DNA from: Parasynechococcus marenigrum WH 8102
GTDB taxonomy: Bacteria > Cyanobacteriota > Cyanobacteriia > PCC-6307 > Cyanobiaceae
NCBI RefSeq assembly: GCF_000195975.1
Contig: NC_005070.1
Span: forward strand, 1-32,000
Direction of reading: 5' to 3'
DNA: 32,000 nt
The notes under the pieces were generated by a model. The model was not told the origin of the DNA. It made no database searches and was given only the letters and a program-made list of their open reading frames with translations. Shown in pieces: positions 26,535 to 32,000 of the stretch (position 1 is the stretch's first letter; each line of letters starts with the position of its first letter). Made by a program: the position numbers and the translations under genes.

Positions 26535-27434
26535 GTGAGTGAAGCGGTCGGCATCGTGGTGGCGTTGCAGGCCAACTATCTGGAGGTGGAACTGGATCAG
26601 GCGCCTGAGCAGGGTCTCTCTAGGCTGCTATGCACCCGCCGCACGCGCCTCAGTCACCGGGGGGAGACTGTTCATGTCGGAGATCGTGTGCGGGTGGAGG
26701 CCATTGATCCCGTCCAAGCTCGTGCGGTGGTGTCTGGGGTTGAGCCGCGTTGCAGCTGGCTGACCCGTCCCCAGGTGGCCAATGTTTCGCTGGTGGTTGT
26801 GGCGCTTGCCGTCGATCAGCCGGCTTTTGATCCTGATCAGGCCAGCCGGTTTCTGTTGACTGCGGAACGCACGGGATTGCCTGTCCAGCTCCTACTGACC
26901 AAAGGAGATCTCATGGAGGAGCACCAACGCTTCGCTTTGGTTGAGCGATTGATGGGATGGGGTTACGACTCTTTGGTGGTCTCCAGCCAAACAGGCGAGG
27001 GGGTTGAGGTGTTAAGTCAGAGGTTGAAGGACACGGAGCTGGCTGTGCTCTGTGGTCCCTCCGGGGTGGGCAAGAGCAGTGTGCTCAATTGTTTAATGCC
27101 CCACCTGGCCCTGAGGGTTGGTGCGGTGTCCGGTCGACTGCAGCGGGGCCGCCACACCACCCGCCATGTGGAGTTGTTCCCGATTGCCCCTGGCTCTCGA
27201 GTGGCGGATACCCCTGGATTCAACCGACCTGATCTGCCGGACGATCCTTCAGAATTGGGAATGCTGTTCCCTGAGCTTCGTGTTCAGCTGAGTCCCTGGC
27301 CCTGTCGATTCCGCGACTGCCTGCACAGGCAGGAACCCGGCTGTGGCATCAATAGGGAGTGGGAGCGCTTTGAGTTCTACAAGGACGCCCTTCAGGAGTG
27401 CTCCGACCTCAGCCGCCCATCCCGGGCAGGTTGA
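26535..27434 (+). CDS. rsgA: ribosome small-subunit-dependent GTPase A
   Basis: 299-aa ORF with a GTG start. There is an OB-fold N-terminus, a circularly permuted GTPase (LLTKGDL before GPSGVGKSS), and a C-terminal zinc cluster [14 protein letters not shown]. Confidence 0.9.
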   Translation: MSEAVGIVVALQANYLEVELDQAPEQGLSRLLCTRRTRLSHRGETVHVGDRVRVEAIDPVQARAVVSGVEPRCSWLTRPQVANVSLVVVALAVDQPAFDPDQASRFLLTAERTGLPVQLLLTKGDLMEEHQRFALVERLMGWGYDSLVVSSQTGEGVEVLSQRLKDTELAVLCGPSGVGKSSVLNCLMPHLALRVGAVSGRLQRGRHTTRHVELFPIAPGSRVADTPGFNRPDLPDDPSELGMLFPELRVQLSPWPCRFRDCLHRQEPGCGINREWERFEFYKDALQECSDLSRPSRAG

Positions 27435-27750
27435 GATTCAGTCCACCGGTGAGCTCTTCCATCCGCCCCTTCATCGTGGCGGTTGATTGCTCATAGGCCG
27501 CCTGCAGCGCTTCCAGAGTGGCCGCTTCACAGGTTTCCTGACCGGCGCTCAGCAGCTCGGGATCTAGGCGAACCCGCAGGGGCTGTTGATTGCCGGAAAG
27601 CCACACGCTGGCCCGACCATCAGCACTCTTGCCCTCAATTTCCATGCCGTCCAGTTCGTCCTGCAGCGCTTGAGCGTTCTGCTGGATTTCCTGTGCCTTC
27701 TTGAAGGCTTCGGTGAGCTGGCCGAAATTGGGTAGTCCGAACCCTGCCAT
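27409..27750 (-). CDS. ybaB: YbaB/EbfC family nucleoid-associated protein
   Basis: 113-aa [36 protein letters not shown]... and the overall size match the YbaB family. Its 3' end overlaps the rsgA 3' end by 26 nt. Confidence 0.9.
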   Translation of the reverse strand: MAGFGLPNFGQLTEAFKKAQEIQQNAQALQDELDGMEIEGKSADGRASVWLSGNQQPLRVRLDPELLSAGQETCEAATLEALQAAYEQSTATMKGRMEELTGGLNLNLPGMGG

Positions 27751-27774
27751 GGTGCTGTTGACGGAGCCGGCAGA

Positions 27775-28674
27775 TTAGGCGGCTTCGGTGAATCCGAGGC
27801 GCTTCACTTCAGGATGAAGGTGCAAGGAGTGGGCTGCTTCCACCTGTTGCTGGACGCGTTGGATGAGCGAATCGATATCAGCAGCTGTGGCAGCACCGGT
27901 GTTGACGATGAAGTTGGCGTGGAGAGTCGAGACTTCGGCACCGCCGACGCGATTGCCCTTTAGTCCGAGACCCTCGATCAGCCGTCCTGCTTTCAGCGGT
28001 TCAGGATTGCGAAACACGCTGCCGCAACTCGGTTGTGTGTAGGGCTGGGTGCTGGTGCGATGGCTGAGGTTGCCACTGGTGATACGGGTGATCTCCTCAG
28101 GGTCATGGCCCGGCTCAAGCCGGAAGCGGGCGGACAGCACCACCAGTTCCTCGTCTTGTAAACGGCTGTGGCGGTAATCGAAGTCGAGTTCGTCGCGGCT
28201 GAGTTCGAAGCTCACGCCACCAACAAGCGGAGCGACGCGGACCGATTCCAGCCAGTCCGCTGTGCAGCCCCCCTGCGCACCCGCATTCATCACGGCGGCG
28301 CCGCCCACGGTGCCAGGAATGCCGACGGACCAGGCCAGACCGTTCAGCCCAGCGCGTGCGGCACGGCGGGCCAGGGTTGGGATCGGTTCCCCTGCCAGGG
28401 CTTCCACCACGCCGTTCTCGGCGTTCAAGCTCGCTCCCTGCAGTTTTCGCAGGCTGAGGGTCAGGCCCGGCAAGCCGTCGTCATGAATTAGCAGATTGGA
28501 GCCGGCGCCGATCACTCGGCAGGGCAGGTGCTCCTGCTGGGCCCATTGCAGAGCTTCCAGGGTCTCGTCCACTGACGCGGGCTCCAGAAGCCACTGGGCC
28601 GGACCGCCCACTCTCCAGGTGGTGAAGTCCGCCATGGGGATGTTGGATCGCAGCGCAAGACGAGTGCTGAGCAT
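27775..28674 (-). CDS. murB: UDP-N-acetylenolpyruvoylglucosamine reductase
   Basis: 299-aa ORF. Motifs include [34 protein letters not shown] and SCGSVFRNP. The ATG overlaps the murC stop. Confidence 0.93.
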   Translation of the reverse strand: MLSTRLALRSNIPMADFTTWRVGGPAQWLLEPASVDETLEALQWAQQEHLPCRVIGAGSNLLIHDDGLPGLTLSLRKLQGASLNAENGVVEALAGEPIPTLARRAARAGLNGLAWSVGIPGTVGGAAVMNAGAQGGCTADWLESVRVAPLVGGVSFELSRDELDFDYRHSRLQDEELVVLSARFRLEPGHDPEEITRITSGNLSHRTSTQPYTQPSCGSVFRNPEPLKAGRLIEGLGLKGNRVGGAEVSTLHANFIVNTGAATAADIDSLIQRVQQQVEAAHSLHLHPEVKRLGFTEAA

Positions 28675-30077
28675 CAGGCCGACAACCGTGGCCAGAGGCC
28701 GTTGACATCCCCAGCGCCCATGGCCAACACCAGGTCTTCACGCTGGCTGCGGGTCCTGACCAATTGGGTGAGGTGGTCGAGGTTGTCAGCCACGGCAATC
28801 TCTAGATCCGGCTTGAGCTCCTGGATCCGATCGGCCAGGGTCTGGCTGCAAACCCCCTTCAGCGGTTCTTCGCCGGCGCTGTAGACCGGCGCCAGCAGCA
28901 GGGAATCACAGTTCTGCAATGCACTTGCGAAGGACTCGAGGAATTCCTGGGTGCGGCTGAAGCGGTGGGGCTGAAACACAGCAAGCAACCGTTGCGGCGG
29001 GCTGGGGAATGGGCTGCGGCCACTGCTCACCATGAGCTGCGCCATGGCCAGGGTGGCCTTCACCTCACTGGGATGGTGGGCGTAGTCGTCGACGATGTAT
29101 CGACCCTCCCAGGTGCCTCGCAGATCAAAACGACGGCCGGGCGGTTTCAAGGCTGTGAGTCCGTTCACCAGCCGCTCGAAGGGAATCCCCTCCATCCGGC
29201 AGGCGGCTAGAGCTCCAGCTGCGTTGCTGAGGTTGTGCAACCCAGGTAGGGGCAGCATGAAGTCCCCGACGGGCGCGCCGTTTTCGTAAAAACGCGCGAG
29301 GCAGCGATCGCCATCCAGCTGGAGCGGCAGGGCTGCGAAATCCACGCCATTGGCGCTGGTCACAGACCACCAGGCATCGGGCTGGATGTGTTCCTTAAGA
29401 ATGGGGCAGTCGCGGTTAGCCAGCACCTGGTCGCAGCCGTCGGCGAAGAGCCGCATCGTGTTGATTAAGTCATCCAGGCCGTCGTAGTGGTCGGTGTGGT
29501 CGAGCTCAAGATTGGTGATCAAACCCAGCTGGGGCCGGAACTTCACCAACGAGCCGTCCGATTCATCAGCTTCGGCCACCAGCAGCCGGCCGTGACCAGC
29601 ATGACCATTGCTGCCGAGGCAGGGCACGATGCCGCCGATGATGGCGGTTGGATCTTCGCCAGCCTCCATCAAAAGGGTGGTGGTCAGGGTGCTGGTGGTG
29701 GTTTTTCCGTGGCTGCCAGCCACGGCGATCGAGGCTTGCTGATCGATCAGCGCAGCCAGCAGATCCGAGCGATGCCAGATCTCCAGTCCGGCATCACGGG
29801 CGCGTCTCAGTTCCGGGTTGCTGGTGGGAATCGCTGTTGACACCACAACGATGGGTCTGCGGCCGTTGCTGAGGAGTGTTTCGATCGTTGCTTCTGTCTG
29901 TTCATGGACGACCGTCACACCGAGCTGCATGAGCTGATGGGAAGTTGGTGTGACCCGTGGATCGGATCCGCTCACCGGATGCCCACGGTCAACAAGGATT
30001 TTGGCCAGAGCAGACATTCCAATCCCGCCGACGCCGATGAAATGCACGGGGTGCTGGCGTTCAAGCGGACGGGACAA
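28674..30077 (-). CDS. murC: UDP-N-acetylmuramate--L-alanine ligase
   Basis: 467-aa ORF from TTG 30077. Motifs include [14 protein letters not shown] and [13 protein letters not shown], plus the Mur ligase middle and C-terminal domains ([10 protein letters not shown]). Confidence 0.93.
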   Translation of the reverse strand: MSRPLERQHPVHFIGVGGIGMSALAKILVDRGHPVSGSDPRVTPTSHQLMQLGVTVVHEQTEATIETLLSNGRRPIVVVSTAIPTSNPELRRARDAGLEIWHRSDLLAALIDQQASIAVAGSHGKTTTSTLTTTLLMEAGEDPTAIIGGIVPCLGSNGHAGHGRLLVAEADESDGSLVKFRPQLGLITNLELDHTDHYDGLDDLINTMRLFADGCDQVLANRDCPILKEHIQPDAWWSVTSANGVDFAALPLQLDGDRCLARFYENGAPVGDFMLPLPGLHNLSNAAGALAACRMEGIPFERLVNGLTALKPPGRRFDLRGTWEGRYIVDDYAHHPSEVKATLAMAQLMVSSGRSPFPSPPQRLLAVFQPHRFSRTQEFLESFASALQNCDSLLLAPVYSAGEEPLKGVCSQTLADRIQELKPDLEIAVADNLDHLTQLVRTRSQREDLVLAMGAGDVNGLWPRLSA

Positions 30078-30249
30078 GGATCGGCATCAGAGGCTCGAAA
30101 GATAAGTCAGTTCAGAGGTTGCGTCCCCTCTGGACTGAGACGGATCGGATCCACTTTGAGGTTGATCCAGAAAAGAAAAAACTCAGATTTTTGGCCAATT
30201 TCTGTATGATCGGCGGCCAAATCCCTTACGCGGCAACCCCGCTCCTGTC

Positions 30250-31275
30250 ATGACCCTGCGCGTTGCGATCAATGGATTCGGCCGAATTGGTCGCAATGTG
30301 ATGCGGGGTTGGATCAGCCGTGGTGCTGATACGGGCCTGGAGATCGTGGGTATGAACTCCACGTCCGATCCCAAGACCAGCGCTCACCTGCTGACCTACG
30401 ACTCGATCCTTGGCAAGCTCGATCCCAGCGTCAAGATCGAAACCACCGACGACACCATGCTGGTCAACGGCAAGGAGATCAAGTTCTTCGCTGACCGCAA
30501 CCCCCTGAACTGCCCTTGGAAGGACTGGGGTGTCGATCTGGTGATCGAATCCACTGGTGTGTTCAACACCGACGAAAAAGCCAGCATGCACCTCGAGGCA
30601 GGCGCCAGCAAGGTGATCCTGACTGCCCCTGGCAAAGGTGATGGCGTCGGCACTTTCGTGGTGGGAGTCAATGACGACCAGTACCGCCATGAGGACTGGA
30701 ACATCCTCTCCAACGCCAGCTGCACCACCAACTGCCTGGCCCCCATCGTCAAGGTTCTGGATCAGAACTTCGGCCTCGACTGGGGTCTGATGACCACCAT
30801 CCACAGCTACACCGGCGACCAGCGGATCCTGGACAACAGCCACCGCGACCTGCGTCGCGCCCGTGCTGCTGCTCTGAACATGGTCCCCACCACCACCGGT
30901 GCGGCCAAGGCTGTGGCCCTGGTATACCCCGAGGTGAAGGGCAAGCTCACCGGTTTCGCCATGCGCGTTCCCACCCCCAACGTATCTGCCGTTGACCTCA
31001 CCTTCGGACCGTCCCGTGCCACCAGCGTTGATGAGGTGAAGGCTGTGATCAAGGCCGCTTCTGAGAACGGCATGAAGGGCATCATCAAGTACAGCGACCT
31101 GCCCCTGGTCTCCACCGATTACGCCGGCACCAACGAATCCACAATCTTTGATGCCGACCTCACCTACGCGATGGGCGACAAGGCTGTGAAGATCCTGGCC
31201 TGGTACGACAACGAGTGGGGTTACAGCCAGCGCGTTGTTGATCTGGCTGAAGTGGTGGCCCGCAACTGGAAGTGA
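30250..31275 (+). CDS. gap2: glyceraldehyde-3-phosphate dehydrogenase, Calvin-cycle (Gap2-type)
   Basis: 341-aa ORF. It has [16 protein letters not shown], the catalytic SNASCTTNC, and the N-terminal region [20 protein letters not shown], which resembles cyanobacterial Gap2. The murC-gap2-thiL neighbourhood is typical of picocyanobacteria. Confidence 0.95.
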   Translation: MTLRVAINGFGRIGRNVMRGWISRGADTGLEIVGMNSTSDPKTSAHLLTYDSILGKLDPSVKIETTDDTMLVNGKEIKFFADRNPLNCPWKDWGVDLVIESTGVFNTDEKASMHLEAGASKVILTAPGKGDGVGTFVVGVNDDQYRHEDWNILSNASCTTNCLAPIVKVLDQNFGLDWGLMTTIHSYTGDQRILDNSHRDLRRARAAALNMVPTTTGAAKAVALVYPEVKGKLTGFAMRVPTPNVSAVDLTFGPSRATSVDEVKAVIKAASENGMKGIIKYSDLPLVSTDYAGTNESTIFDADLTYAMGDKAVKILAWYDNEWGYSQRVVDLAEVVARNWK

Positions 31276-31296
31276 TCCGGTTTCGTTGATCATTCA

Positions 31297-31324
31297 TCCC
31301 TTCCTTCGGGAAGGGATTTTTTTT
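31297..31324 (+). terminator. Rho-independent terminator of gap2
   Basis: The stem tcccttcc (31297-31304), loop ttcg and stem ggaaggga (31309-31316) are followed by T8 (31317-31324), 22 nt after the gap2 stop. An A-run would be needed for bidirectional use by thiL. None lies 5' of the hairpin on the plus strand, so this is mainly a plus-strand terminator. Confidence 0.85.
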
Positions 31325-31340
31325 GGCCAATGGGCGTCCG

Positions 31341-32000
31341 TCAGCCCTGCGCGAAGTGATTAAAGCCCTCGTCCATTATGGGGGAGTTGTCGTCGCTCCA
31401 GATGACGGATCCTGCGTTGTTGGTGATCCGGCCAAAGCGCTGACAGCCGGGCAAGGCCTGTTCCAAGGCATCGGCCCACGCTGCAGGGAGGCTGAGGATC
31501 AGTTCAAAATCCTCCCCGCCTGCCAGGCACCACCGCTCCCAAGGGTCCCCATCTGGCCACCCGTGAGCTTTCGGTAAGAGTTTTCGGTCGAGACGTGCCC
31601 CTGTGCCACTGCTGCTGCAGAGCCCCCGAACAGCGGTCAGAAGTCCGTCGCTGCTGTCGGTTCCGCCTGCCCGCCAGGGCAGGTGAGCGGGTTTGCATGA
31701 GAGCAGTTGATGGAGGGCATCCAGCCGCGGTCGGGGTCGTTGGTGCTGGCTGATCGCTTGGCTCTGCAATGAGGCGTTGAGGCAAGTGGCTTGAAGCTGC
31801 GGGTCGTTCTGGAGCAGCGCCAGACCCAGGCGGCTGAGGCCATGGGGCCCGCTGCTGACCAGCACGTCCCCAGGTTGGGCGGTACTGCGCAGCAGCTGCA
31901 GCGGGCCGAGACGTCCCAGGGCAGTGACCGACAGCAAGCGGCTTACACCTGACGAGCAGTCCCCCCCCAGCACCGTTCCGCCGTGCTGCTGAAGCGCTGC
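31341..32000 (-). CDS. thiL: thiamine-monophosphate kinase (5' end outside the window)
   Basis: The frame is open to the window edge. ...HGGTVLGGDCSSG... and ...GEDFELILSLP... are AIR-synthase-fold ThiL motifs. The stop is at 31341-31343. Confidence 0.85.
   Translation of the reverse strand, partial: AALQQHGGTVLGGDCSSGVSRLLSVTALGRLGPLQLLRSTAQPGDVLVSSGPHGLSRLGLALLQNDPQLQATCLNASLQSQAISQHQRPRPRLDALHQLLSCKPAHLPWRAGGTDSSDGLLTAVRGLCSSSGTGARLDRKLLPKAHGWPDGDPWERWCLAGGEDFELILSLPAAWADALEQALPGCQRFGRITNNAGSVIWSDDNSPIMDEGFNHFAQG

Noticed and set aside
30226-31293. 355-aa ORF antisense to gap2, spanning the full gene
   Set aside because: gap2 on the plus strand is unambiguous. The antisense translation is a Gly/Val/Ala/Asp-rich mirror of highly biased codons, with no motifs.
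1-32000. HIP1 (GCGATCGC) enrichment
   Set aside because: I spotted only four copies (about 12166, 16169, 17601, 29304) by eye. That is perhaps a few-fold over random expectation, far from the density seen in HIP1-rich cyanobacteria, and my count is not exhaustive.
1-32000. CRISPR arrays, tRNA/rRNA genes, transposases, integrases, toxin-antitoxin or defence-island genes
   Set aside because: Every gap over 100 nt was inspected (1-173, 16753-16878, 21367-21573, 24410-24508, 30078-30249). None has cloverleaf-like or repeat-spacer structure. All sizeable ORFs are accounted for by housekeeping or pilus genes.

Overview
The window reads as the origin-proximal core chromosome of a high-GC (roughly 60%) marine picocyanobacterium, Synechococcus subcluster 5.1-like, and it begins 173 nt upstream of dnaN. 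It is very compact: about 29 protein genes, and most intergenic gaps are under 130 nt. The gene order is dnaN, a PRC-barrel ORF, purL, purF, a ParC-like topoisomerase subunit A (-), a TPR protein (-), queG (-), a membrane/coiled-coil protein, DUF502, nusB, ftsY, a GAF-PP2C phosphatase, argH, a Gly-rich RRM RNA-binding protein, dusA (-), msrB, an HI0933-type flavoprotein, pilC/pilT/pilB (-), grpE, dnaJ, a TusA-like protein, rsgA, ybaB (-), murB (-), murC (-), gap2, and thiL (-, truncated by the window end). I found no rRNA, tRNA, CRISPR array, transposase, integrase or obvious prophage or defence genes. The only segment that departs from housekeeping synteny is the minus-strand type IV pilus motor cassette pilB-pilT-pilC (20293-24409). 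It appears to carry four independent lesions. pilT has a 1-nt frameshift in a G-run and an internal deletion of roughly 120 nt that removes the Walker B/Asp-box/His-box region. pilC has a frame disruption right after its ATG. pilB has its Walker A lysine replaced by Asn. Secondary observations include an unusually long, tandemly duplicated GGY/RGG tail on the RRM protein, a Tat-type signal on MsrB, an extra C-terminal zinc ribbon on PilB, a hairpin that holds both stop codons of a convergent gene pair, several TGATG start/stop overlaps, and convergent 3' overlaps. I do not see convincing evidence for a genuinely novel multi-gene system here. The many long antisense ORFs are GC-content artefacts. 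All homology statements come from reading the translations and recalling family motifs, because no database search was possible.
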